A DNA stretch of 63,977 bases, the filler included, from Aduncisulcus paluster (lineage: Eukaryota): assembly GCA_024181965.1 (NCBI GenBank). It is 7 parts of 7 records of this genome, joined end to end, with 100 filler letters (N's around TTAATTAATTAA, not from the genome) between each part and the next. Parts side by side here need not be neighbours in the genome. Positions count along the whole stretch, not along the records: positions 1 to 21,374 come from BQXS01009702.1; 6 more parts are not named here. One strand, written 5' to 3'. Positions 1-10,500 of the stretch are shown here, in pieces. Under the pieces are notes generated by a model. The model was not told where the DNA came from. It ran no database searches and was given only the letters and a program-made list of their open reading frames with translations. The position numbers and the translations under genes are program-made. Position 1 is the stretch's first letter. Every line of letters starts with the position of its first letter.

Positions 1-747
1 TTCCTCTTTTTTTTGCAGTCCACTTTGCTTATCATCCAGGCTTTTCCCCAAATCCTCCAATTCTTTTTGTCGAACCAGTATCTGTTTCTTCTCTTCTTCG
101 AATTTTTTTCGTTCCAATTCAAATTTCTTTGTTTCTTCTTCTAATTCCTTTTTCTCTGTTTGGAGTTGGCTTCGGGCATCAATATTGTTCTTCCTCGATT
201 TCTCAATCCGCTTCTCTCTTGACACAATTGTAGATTCTTTTTGACCAAGTTCGGTCTCTTTCTTTAAGATTCGGATTTCTTTTTGGGCGGCAAGCTCTTC
301 TTTTCCAGCCAAGTCTCGAATTCGAATTTCAATTGATTCTTCTTTATCCAAAAGATTTTTTTCTCGTTTTTTACAATCAACCTCCAGACTTTCTTGTTTT
401 TTTAAGAACTGGTTCTTTTGTAACTCAATAGCAAGTTTTTGATGTACAAGGAACTCTCGTATCTTGTCTGATTCTCTAACTTGTCTTGAAAGAATCCATT
501 TTTGTTGCAGAATAAAATATAATCCATCAATAAAAGCATTATATTTGGTAGAGATATCATCAAGCGAGAATATATCATCAATTTCAGGTTTCCTACCTTG
601 TTCGATTTCTTCACCCACTTTTGGATCTAATTTTGGAATTATGAACTGCAATTTTGAAATAAAAGATTCAGGTTGAGATTGCAAAACAGCCATCATCTCT
701 TTAAAACCGTTTCTAAGCGATTCTACTTTTTTACTGGCGCCTTCCAT
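1..747 (-). CDS. Coiled-coil hypothetical protein, 3' end runs off the window
   Basis: Manual translation from ATG at 747 (MEGASKKVESLRNGFKEMMAVLQ...KQSGLQKKEE) is open for 249 codons to the window edge and is E/K-rich. It is absent from the ORF track because there is no stop. Confidence 0.8.
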   Translation of the reverse strand, partial: MEGASKKVESLRNGFKEMMAVLQSQPESFISKLQFIIPKLDPKVGEEIEQGRKPEIDDIFSLDDISTKYNAFIDGLYFILQQKWILSRQVRESDKIREFLVHQKLAIELQKNQFLKKQESLEVDCKKREKNLLDKEESIEIRIRDLAGKEELAAQKEIRILKKETELGQKESTIVSREKRIEKSRKNNIDARSQLQTEKKELEEETKKFELERKKFEEEKKQILVRQKELEDLGKSLDDKQSGLQKKEE

Positions 748-1167
748 ATTAAGATTGACAAGAAAATATGATTATATTGGATCAACAGAAAATTGATGAT
801 GTGAAAATAGTCAATAATAAACAGGGCGCCGAAAACTAACTAGTCACTATTGAAAGTGTTGACACTCGAAAGTTTCGATCCATAGAATGGTGGAAAATCG
901 GCATTTAAATGATTGACTTGAAATACATCTCAAATTTATTTAGGAATCTTCGATTTTAAATAACAGTCAAAGTAAGCCAGTCGAAAGATTGTTGACACTT
1001 TTATTTTAAGGATTTCACAACAATAAAAAGTAATATTGGTATTTGTTATTCGTTTAAATAAATATTTTTGCATGAAAACATTCAAATATGCAACATCTTA
1101 GGTGATTCAGATACAAGTTTTCTGCATTTTTATTTTTAAAATAGTGACATTTTCCTGATAATACATC

Positions 1168-4100
1168 ATGAGTGAAATCTCAGATAGTGATGCCAAGAAC
1201 TTCCTCAGAGGCCTTGAACGTACTCTTAAGTATGTGAAAACCCCTCTACAACATGGCAATGTCAAAATGGCTCAATACCAAATGAAGGATGTCGTCGCTT
1301 GGTTGAAGAAAGAGAAGCCCGGTATGGCTGAACATCCTATGTTAGCTGCTGATTTGAAACTCGCTCATGATTTAATCGATAACTTCGATGAGGCCGTGAA
1401 ACCTCTTATTCTTGCTGGTAAAGCTGAAGAATTTGCCAAAAAATTGACTTCACAATATGAAAAGATGCTTAAGGAACTTCACAATGCTACTCGTGCCAAA
1501 CACTTTATTCGAGACTTGGAAACTATCCTTAGAATGATCAACGATGACGAACTCAAGGCTACTCCCCCTCTGGCTGACATTTATGTCAAATCTGTTCACA
1601 TGTCTGAAAATCTTGATGCCTACATTGCTTGTGGTGGTGTTCCAGCTGATGCTCCAACTGAAGAAGAAAAGGAGGAGGAAAAAGAGGAAGAGGTTCCAGT
1701 TGTTCCCGCCATTTCTGATGCTGACGCTCAAAAGTTCTTGGATGGTCTTAACCGCAACATGAGGTATGTTGAGAATCCTCTCTCCAGTGGAAATATGAAG
1801 GCTGCTGAGTACAGCATGAAGGATGTTGTCGCTTGGTTGAAGAAGGAGAAGCCTGGTATGGCTGAACACCCAATGTTGGCTGAACGTTTACAATTGGCCC
1901 ATTCTCTTGTTGATAACTTCGCTGAAGCTGCCAAAGTCCTCGTTCTAAAGGGTGAATCCATTTCTTTTGCTAAAAAACTCACAACAGCATTTGAATCCGT
2001 TGTCACTAAGCTCAACAATGCTACCATGGCCAAACATTATGCCAGAGACGTTGAACGTGTTCTTGGACTTATCAAGGAAGAGATTACAACCATGGGACCT
2101 ATGGCTGAGATCTATCCTAAAGCTAGAGATTTAATTGACAACTTGGAAGTCTACATTGAACGTGGTGCCTTCATTCCTCAGGCTGAAGTGCCTGTTAAGG
2201 AGGAACCCAAAGAAAGTGCCAAGGAAGAAGAGGAGACTGCCACCCCTGCCATTTCCGACTCTGATGCTAAGAAATTTTTGGAAGGTCTCAATCGTGTCTT
2301 GAGATTTATCGAAGGCCCTCTTTCCAATGGTAATAAGAAGGCTGCCGAATATAACATGAAAGATCTTATTGCGTGGTTAAAGAAAGAGAAGGAAGGCATG
2401 TCTGAACACCCAATGTTGACTGAGCGTTTGGAATTATCTCATGCCCTTGTTGATAACTTTGATGAGACTGCTAAAGAGCTTATGCTTAAAGGTGAAGCCG
2501 AATCCGTCGCCAAGAAGCTTACCACTGCCTATGACTCTGTCTATTCTAAACTCCACAATGATACCGTGGCTAAGCATTACGCCAGAGATCTTGAACGTGT
2601 TCTTGGAACCGTCAAGGATGAGCTGATATGTGTTGGTCCCATGGTCGACATCTATCACAAAGCCAAGGATTTGATTGATAACTTGGACAAGTACCTTGCC
2701 AAGGGTATTCTTATCTCAAAGGCTGCTGCTGTAGCGAAGTCTATCAACTCTCAGATAAAGGAAATCGAATCCAACCGCGAGAGATTCTTCAACCGTGCTG
2801 AGCTTGCTGCCAAGAAGTTGAGGTCTATTCTTGAAGGCGATGTGAGTTCCGAGCACCTTAGAGTTAGTACTGAACTTGAGGAAGCCAACACCAAGGGTAA
2901 AGAAATCCTTGCCTCCTTTGACGAGTATGCAGAGGCCAACAAAGTTGCTCTTCTTGTTGGACAAATCGAGAAGTTACAAGTTTCTATCCAAGACCGTCTT
3001 GACACTTGCAAGAACCTTTCCACCCTTGGATCTGAGATGGTTAAGCTCCAACGCCTAGTTGATGAGGCTGATGATGATATCAAAGCCAAGGTGACCGCTG
3101 CCGTTGAGCTTGCCACGAACGGAGATGCTCTCATTGCTGACGCCAAGACCAGAGAGGTTGAGGTCAAGTTCAAGACTTCCTGGGAATCAACTTGCAAGAG
3201 ACTCGGTATTATGCCTGAGAGTGGAACTATTGATGAGAGCAAGACTAAAAAGACTGCTTCTCAGCTTAAGACTATGTTAAACACTGTCAGTCGTTTCGTT
3301 AAGAATGACATCAAAGGTCCTATCCTCGAATGTGCCTCTGCCCAACCTATTATTCAGATTGTTCATGCTACCGAGGAGTTCTTGACTGTCCTTGCTGAAG
3401 ACAGGCGCAAAGAGGAGACTATTATTAAGACATCCAAACAATTGGAGACTTCTATTGAAACTCTCAAGAAGTGGGTCCTTGCCAAGAACGTCACAAGTGC
3501 TGGTACTGCTCGTAGTACTGTTGTCAAGCACCTTACTGCTATCGAGGAAGCTGATCCTTCCCATGATCTCGTTGGACAAGCCCATGCTGCCCTTGAACAG
3601 TGTGATATTGAACTCGGACCTTTGATCATTGAGCAGACTGTCAAGAAACACTCAGGTCTCATTGAAAAGGCTAAAGTTGCCCTTGACACTCTTCTCGATG
3701 GTGATGACGGTTATGCCACCAAGAGCATCTCCTCCTTTGAGAGGCTTATCAAACAACTTGACACTGCTCTTGACAAGATCCGTGGTATTGGAGAAGGTGA
3801 TGCCATCGATGAGGTTTTGATTCCTGCCTCTGGTTCCCTTGAGGCTGGTCAAGCCCGTCTAGCTGAACTCCAACATGCTCAGCTTGTCGAGAAGGCCTCT
3901 GCCGCTTTGACAAGAGATATTAAGAACTTGGTAAATGAATCTAAGAATTTCAGAGGACAATCTCACCAGGTTGCTTCTCTTGTCCGTTACAAGGCTGCCA
4001 TCCAAGTTCATTTGAATGGAGAAAACGCTCATCTTTTCCCTGAAGAGCTCCTTGCTGAGGTTGAAGCCGCCAAGGCAGGATCTGATAAGGCTCTCCTTGA

Positions 4101-6369
4101 GTATGATAAGAAGGAGGCCGAGCAAGCTGCCGGTCGTTACATCCGTTCTTGGTTGAGAGAGATTGAAGAGGCCAAGAGAATGAGCCAGGCCACCAAGGCC
4201 CTCCTCATTGATTCTTGTCTTTGTGTCGCCTACCCTTTCTATGTATGTATGGGCGAGGACAGTCCCGAGATTGTCCTTGACATCATTAAGAGAGATGCCA
4301 TCCTTCCTCCCACCGAGAGTGAGATCGCCACTGCCACTCCCATCTTGGAGGCTGCCAATTCTAGTCTCGAGAAAGATGATCTCGACACTGCCTTCGCTGT
4401 CAGTACTCCTCTTAGATCCCTCTTTAGAGTTGAGGGAGTTATGACTTTCTTGATAGCTCTCGATCGTGCTCTCATCAAGCGCTACGATGAGATCTCTGCC
4501 TCTCGTGATCCCAAGGAGAAGAACTACGATGGCTTCCACGTTCCATTCATCTACCTTCCTTCCACATTCATCTTCACAATGCTTCCCCCTTCTTTGGACC
4601 GTATTTCCTTCTCTGGTCTCTCTGGTGCCTTGTCTTCTGCCGCTCAGCATGCCAACAGGTACATCAAGGACCTTCTCGAGGTTATCGATTGCTGTGAACG
4701 TGGCATTTCAAATGCTTATGGTTTGCAGAAATCCACCGAGTCTTATATTGACGATGCCAAATGTATGCGTTTCGTTACTGGTGTTAAATCAGCTTGTGAA
4801 AGGACTGGCGGTGACGATTGTTGCACTTATCTCATCAATGGTCTTACCGAAAGTACTGAGATGACTCTCCGTGTTATGAAATCATTCAACGCCATATTGC
4901 CTTACATTGTTGATATCTTCACAAGAACAGCCGAACTACCCCCCTGTTTCGCTTGGTTGGAGGCTTTCTTCCCCATTGCTCGGAAGGCCACTGCCAAATG
5001 GAGCAAAAACCAGGCGGTTGCTTATGATATTACCCGTATGGTTGATGATATCCAATTCCCACACCAATTGATGCCCTCTCCCCGTGATTATGGTACCGGT
5101 TCTGGTCTTTACATGTTCGGTATCTATTCCACGACTGTCATGATGAGATCTTGCCGTTTGCTTGATACCAGTGTCCAGTACATCCAGTCTTGCGAAGATC
5201 TTAGTATTGATCTCCTACCTCTTCCTCTCCGTGCCATCTTCCAATTCCAGGAATCTCAATTGCCTGCTGTCATTGCTCTCCGTCAGCGTTACGTTGATGC
5301 TATGATGGAGGATGCCAAGGAATACACGTTCCCCTGGATTGCCAAGGGAAGAAGTGATAGAGCTCAGGATTGGGGTAAGCTTATTCTCAATGGTATTAAG
5401 AGTTTCTTGATTACTATTGATGCTGAGAAGAAACGTGTTCACAATGAGTTATTCAAAAAGGAATCTGAGATTGCTGGAAAGGAACTCATGAAGGCTGAGA
5501 TCAAGAAGGGTCAAACTTTGCTAGGAGAGTTCAAGAAGCAATTGGAGGAGGTCCAAGCGCTTGCCAGAGCCGCAAAGAAAGCTGCTGCTGAAGAAGAGAA
5601 GAAGAGACAGCGTGAACAGAAGGAGCGTGAAGAGGCTGCTATCAAAGCCGTTCGTGATGATCACATCCTCCCCTATGATGAACCCTGTCAGATTGTTCTC
5701 GATGGACGTCGTTGGGAGTGGACTCTTGGGAAGAACAGAGAGGACCAGCCCATTGGACAGCTTACATGCACTACCAAGAAGACTGGAGATAACATTCCTG
5801 ATTTCATCTTCTGTCCCATGCGCTGGGGCAAAGGATGTGGTTTCTACCCCTCTGGTGTTAATACCCCTTCCGTGGAGTTCGAGGCTGATCACTGTGACAT
5901 CTCCCTTGGACACAGCAAGTTTTGTCGTGAAAACAAGACCGACGCTGGATTGAAGGGCCTTGACTACAAGCTTGAGGGCGGTATTCCTAATGTGTCCGGT
6001 GGAAAGGGTGTTCCTCTTTTCGCTTTGTACTTGGTTGGAAACTGGGATTACATTGCCACCAAGGTTGCCAAGGTGCAAATTGAGTGGGAAGAAGAGCAGA
6101 AGCGTGAACTCGAGAAATGTGCTATCCTCTGTGATAGTTGTGCCTTTGGAAGTGGAAAAGACAATTGTCTTCTCTGTGGAAAATGGGTTGGAAGCAGTTC
6201 TTACCGTGCTACGCGTTGTTCCAGTTGTAGATTTGGAAGTAAGAAGACTAAGTGTGACAAATGTGGTCGTGAAGCTTTTGACAGATGGGTTCCTGCAAAA
6301 TTGTGCAGTGACTGTGGATTCTCAAAATACAAGGACAAATGTGTTCATTGTAAGTCTTACGTATACTAA
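1168..6369 (+). CDS. 1733-aa protein: three ~180-aa N-terminal helical repeats, long helical middle, C-terminal PHF5/Rds3-like triple CxxC..CxxC zinc module
   Basis: Uninterrupted ORF with codon bias like H2B and PFK. Repeats start ISD(S/A)DA at 1177, 1711 and 2251. Six CxxC pairs at 6118-6366. Confidence 0.9.
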   Translation: MSEISDSDAKNFLRGLERTLKYVKTPLQHGNVKMAQYQMKDVVAWLKKEKPGMAEHPMLAADLKLAHDLIDNFDEAVKPLILAGKAEEFAKKLTSQYEKMLKELHNATRAKHFIRDLETILRMINDDELKATPPLADIYVKSVHMSENLDAYIACGGVPADAPTEEEKEEEKEEEVPVVPAISDADAQKFLDGLNRNMRYVENPLSSGNMKAAEYSMKDVVAWLKKEKPGMAEHPMLAERLQLAHSLVDNFAEAAKVLVLKGESISFAKKLTTAFESVVTKLNNATMAKHYARDVERVLGLIKEEITTMGPMAEIYPKARDLIDNLEVYIERGAFIPQAEVPVKEEPKESAKEEEETATPAISDSDAKKFLEGLNRVLRFIEGPLSNGNKKAAEYNMKDLIAWLKKEKEGMSEHPMLTERLELSHALVDNFDETAKELMLKGEAESVAKKLTTAYDSVYSKLHNDTVAKHYARDLERVLGTVKDELICVGPMVDIYHKAKDLIDNLDKYLAKGILISKAAAVAKSINSQIKEIESNRERFFNRAELAAKKLRSILEGDVSSEHLRVSTELEEANTKGKEILASFDEYAEANKVALLVGQIEKLQVSIQDRLDTCKNLSTLGSEMVKLQRLVDEADDDIKAKVTAAVELATNGDALIADAKTREVEVKFKTSWESTCKRLGIMPESGTIDESKTKKTASQLKTMLNTVSRFVKNDIKGPILECASAQPIIQIVHATEEFLTVLAEDRRKEETIIKTSKQLETSIETLKKWVLAKNVTSAGTARSTVVKHLTAIEEADPSHDLVGQAHAALEQCDIELGPLIIEQTVKKHSGLIEKAKVALDTLLDGDDGYATKSISSFERLIKQLDTALDKIRGIGEGDAIDEVLIPASGSLEAGQARLAELQHAQLVEKASAALTRDIKNLVNESKNFRGQSHQVASLVRYKAAIQVHLNGENAHLFPEELLAEVEAAKAGSDKALLEYDKKEAEQAAGRYIRSWLREIEEAKRMSQATKALLIDSCLCVAYPFYVCMGEDSPEIVLDIIKRDAILPPTESEIATATPILEAANSSLEKDDLDTAFAVSTPLRSLFRVEGVMTFLIALDRALIKRYDEISASRDPKEKNYDGFHVPFIYLPSTFIFTMLPPSLDRISFSGLSGALSSAAQHANRYIKDLLEVIDCCERGISNAYGLQKSTESYIDDAKCMRFVTGVKSACERTGGDDCCTYLINGLTESTEMTLRVMKSFNAILPYIVDIFTRTAELPPCFAWLEAFFPIARKATAKWSKNQAVAYDITRMVDDIQFPHQLMPSPRDYGTGSGLYMFGIYSTTVMMRSCRLLDTSVQYIQSCEDLSIDLLPLPLRAIFQFQESQLPAVIALRQRYVDAMMEDAKEYTFPWIAKGRSDRAQDWGKLILNGIKSFLITIDAEKKRVHNELFKKESEIAGKELMKAEIKKGQTLLGEFKKQLEEVQALARAAKKAAAEEEKKRQREQKEREEAAIKAVRDDHILPYDEPCQIVLDGRRWEWTLGKNREDQPIGQLTCTTKKTGDNIPDFIFCPMRWGKGCGFYPSGVNTPSVEFEADHCDISLGHSKFCRENKTDAGLKGLDYKLEGGIPNVSGGKGVPLFALYLVGNWDYIATKVAKVQIEWEEEQKRELEKCAILCDSCAFGSGKDNCLLCGKWVGSSSYRATRCSSCRFGSKKTKCDKCGREAFDRWVPAKLCSDCGFSKYKDKCVHCKSYVY
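1177..2700 (+). repeat. Three diverged intragenic tandem repeats (534 and 540 nt spacing)
   Basis: KD(V/L)(V/I)AWLKKEK.GM.EHPML occurs three times with many synonymous differences, so the repeat is biological, not an assembly duplicate. Confidence 0.9.
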
Positions 6370-6977
6370 ATTTAACAATCTTTTACTGTACTCAAGGTTC
6401 TCGTTGTTCTCAAGTTGTACTCTATTTATTTTATCTCCGCCTCGATGGACTTAATTTTTACTCGTAACAATTCGGTATAAATAAAGATGCTCCGCATTTT
6501 TGAGATCATCTCATGATACTTCATTTCCTCAGACAGATTCATATTTACAAAAATATCGAGATATTATTAATTTATATTAAATTCATTTATCATTTTCTCT
6601 ATTTAATAGTTTGTAAATATCCAGGAAATGGTTGATTTTACTCTTGATTTTCCAAAATTGTGAAATAAAAGGTAATTGATTTTAAATTCATTAAATTTAT
6701 TTTAAAATATTATTTATTAATTCAATATATTATTTATTATAGAATTTTGGGTATTTATTTCTTTTTTTTTCATAATGGTAGTTTTAAAAATTATTATATT
6801 ATTAAAAATTTACCTGACATTAGTTAAATGTTAATTCAACATTATCGCTAGGAGCATTTTTATATGTTCAAACTCTCGACTAGATAGTGTATGTATAGTT
6901 ATGATTATTTTTATATTTCAGACAAATTTTTGAATTTCTTTCTGATATTATGTTTAATATATTTGTAGTTGCTTAAA

Positions 6978-7379
6978 ATGGCTAGAGGAGAAAAAGGAAC
7001 AAAATCCACCAAAACCGCCAAGACTTCAAAGACCGAATCCAAGGGAACCGGTGAGAAGAGAACCTCCAAGAAGAAGAGGATCGAGACCTTCCACTCTTAC
7101 ATTTACCGTGTTCTTCGTGATGTTCACGGAGAGAAGTTCGGTATCACCAACAAGGGTATGGCTATCATGAACTCCATGGTTAACGATCTTTTCACTCGTG
7201 TTGCTTCTCGTTCTTCCGAGCTCGTCCGTATGAACAAGCGTACCACTCTCACTGCTGATGAGGTTGCTACCGCCGTTAAGCTTGAGTTCCCTGGAGAGCT
7301 TGCTATGCACGCTGTCGGTGAAGGAAACAAGGCTGTCTCCAAATACTTCGCTTCCAAGAAGGCTGGTGACACTGAATAA
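6978..7379 (+). CDS. H2B: Histone H2B (divergent)
   Basis: ETFHSYIYRVLRDVH..GITNKGMAIMNSMVNDLF..PGELAMHAVGEGNKAVSKY matches the H2B histone fold. First ATG is at 6978 (the track starts at an upstream TTG). Confidence 0.95.
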   Translation: MARGEKGTKSTKTAKTSKTESKGTGEKRTSKKKRIETFHSYIYRVLRDVHGEKFGITNKGMAIMNSMVNDLFTRVASRSSELVRMNKRTTLTADEVATAVKLEFPGELAMHAVGEGNKAVSKYFASKKAGDTE

Positions 7380-7581
7380 GTTCTTTAGTTCTCATTGAAC
7401 ATAATTTCTTTTTAAGAAGTGTTTATTAACACTATTATTTATTTAAGAATACTTTTTTTTCCCAATCCTGATATGTTGGTCCCAAATAAGAAGTAATTTA
7501 CGAAAACCTCATAATAATAATAATACAGATTTCACAATGGATCTGTTTTTATTTTATATAAAATTTATAAATATATATAAT

Positions 7582-10500
7582 TTAATATATTTGAAGTTTA
7601 ATTGCGAGTAAGATTTTTTCGACTATCTTCTTCTTCTCAGACCCTTGTGCTGAAGCTTGGACACATATTTCTCTCACCTTCTTCTTTCCCTCTTCCACAT
7701 GCTCTTTTCCGGCAATTAATTCCCCACAAATCTCCATTAACAACGTCATCATCACTCCCTCAGTGGATTGCTCCATCAAGAGAAGAAGGGTACTCACTCG
7801 GTCCAATATAAGCAGATTATCATATTTTAATACAGAAATAATTAAATCGCGGAGAACTTTGATAAATTTAGGACTCTGAGTAAATGATTCTTTCCCCTCC
7901 CTCACTGAAATATAAAGGATATCAAGCACATTTTTAAGGAGTTGCTTATCATTGGCAGTGGTAATAATATGAGAGAATATTTCAAATAGAGTAGATATTT
8001 GAGGAGACAAAAGGAGATATTTGGGACAATAATGGGCTAAAAACTTGAGAACAACGAAGAAACTATCGGTAAAAGAGGTCACATTCAGGGTATGGGAAGG
8101 AAGAATCCTGAATAACATATCTAAAAATAGAAAACATGATTCGTACACGGCTTGTTTGAGCATTCCATGAGTGATTCCAAGCCCTAAGAATTGAATCATG
8201 CATTTGCATGAATATTCACATTCCAAAACAGCTTCACTTTCGGTGATCATTTCGGCTGCAGACGACAGCAGAGATGATGCGCTCAATGAAGATTCCTTGA
8301 GGGTCTTTCGCAGCAGATTAATGAATGAGATAAAGAAGAATGAAATGAATTCCGAAGAGTCGGACAATGTTCCAAAAGATCGCAGAAATATCAAGAGAGA
8401 ATGAATTGTGGGTTTTATAAGCTGCGTGGTGTTTATAGTAAACTTATGGAGTCCACTGTGTGTGTTCAAAATGTGAAGGATGGATGAAAGGGAGGCTGAA
8501 GGGATGAATTTGAGTATGGAGACAAATACACTGTGGGAACTGTTCATTTCAGGTCTGAAATATTTCAAATGTGAAGAGAGGAGTGAAGAAAAGGGATTAG
8601 AGGACATAGACAAAGTGTGATCACGAACATATAGACGCAATAAGCTTTTTTCTTCATCTGAACGGCAGATACAACACGAACTACTCTCATCATAGCCTTC
8701 AAATCGCTTCAAAAAGCTGAAACAATTCACCTCAGAACTGAAATAATCAAACGCTCGGCCACAAGCTCTAAAAATAGACAGACAATGTGGAATGAGAAAG
8801 TCACAAAACCACGAATCGCCAATGACAAACCGACGAATGGCCTGAGAAAGCTGTTCCTTTTCTTTAAACTCGAGGAAAGACGAACGAAATTCCTCAGAAT
8901 CGCAACCAAATACTGTCTTAATTGCATCCTCTCTTTCCCTTTGCGAAGAAATAGATTGGATCAACTCAGGACAGAAGAGATATTCCAACTTAATGGGGAT
9001 AAATGCCGCCAAATAAATATTTTGAATCATCCTAAGTTCATTAAACACAGTTGAGAGAGCTACATGGGCTTGTCCAATTTTGAATGAGAGCATAATAGCT
9101 GATACTTGGAGTAATTCCCGTGAGAGAGGAGATATCATGTTGATCGTATCAGAAAATGGATGTTCAGTGGCTGAAAATCCATCTATTTTTGGAAATAAAG
9201 ATACATGTTCTGAGAAAGTATCTATTTTTGTCATTGTTCCAATTCTGTGAAATATCTTATTCACCATTTCTTTTGCCGAACACATATAAATATTTCTTTG
9301 AGGTATAGATATTGATTCTCCCAATAAGGACAAAGTATTTCGAAGGGAGGAACACAGTTCTTTCTGCAGCATTGGGATTGAGTGGCTTGACGACTTAATC
9401 GGAAGTATTAATTTGGGTATTTTGGAACATAACATGTAAATTCCCAAACATATTTGTTGAGAACATTGCTCATCTTCACTTTTGATCAGGAGCGCGCATA
9501 ACTTTTCACATAACTGAACAAGGAGATTCATTGAGGATGGATGGAAGACGACACACCCAGTGCCATCAGTGTTATCCCTAGAATCACTCCACTCGAGTTG
9601 ACATAACCCACGGACGATTTCCCACATGCTTCGATCTTCTCTCTCATTCTTCGACAGAGGAACCACATACGTACACACATATATCGCGAGAAAACGGACA
9701 GTTGTCTGCAATAGAAGAGGAGAGAGAGCTATTCTGGGTGAAGGAGAGAGGATATTGTCAAGGATTTCAATTAAAAGCTTGACAATAAGTTCCATCTCTG
9801 TCTTAATATCAGAGATATATACAATCTTTTCCTCACCACTTCCATGTTCAAGAATGGTGGAATAATCGATATACTTATTCATTTCCCCTGAACCCATGGG
9901 AATAGATGACGCACTTGATGGAGATAGAGGAGAGAATAGCAAATAGAGCATGAGAGTGGGAGGGATTGTGTTCTTGGTTTTTTGATAACCACGATTGATC
10001 AAATCCATTATCGTTTCAAACTCTTCAATACCATACCCGTGAAATATGTGTGTGTGCGCTTTGCTGAAAGGAGTATCCATGGATAATATCGTATGAGCAA
10101 CATCAATAAGCCATGTCATGACCTCACAAAAGATATCATTAGGCTCTGGGTTGGATTCTGAGGATTGATAGCGTCTGGCAAAGTCAACCATCATAATCCG
10201 AATGAAACGAAGAGATTTGAGAGGAGAGGCATATCCCAACATAGCGACCGATTCGAGCTCGATCTTTAAGTTCTCTTCATCTTCAAACTCTTCAACAAAA
10301 GAAGACAATTCCTTGAGAGACAAGTTCAAGCGAGACGTGATGTAACTCTCAAAGATGCATTGGAGTACTTCACGCTCACTCAGTGATGACCTGGGACTAA
10401 GTGAAGATGACAATTGATAGAGGGTAGGCAATAAGGAAAAGAAAGCTTGGTGATCGAAGTTATCATTGGTATGCAGAATGGAGGACAAAGAAAGGAATGA

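Noticed and set aside
7377-7379. Hexamitid-type TAA/TAG=Gln genetic code
   Set aside because: Conserved genes (H2B, PFK, FKBP) end at TAA at or near the expected C-terminus, and multi-kb ORFs have no in-frame TAR.
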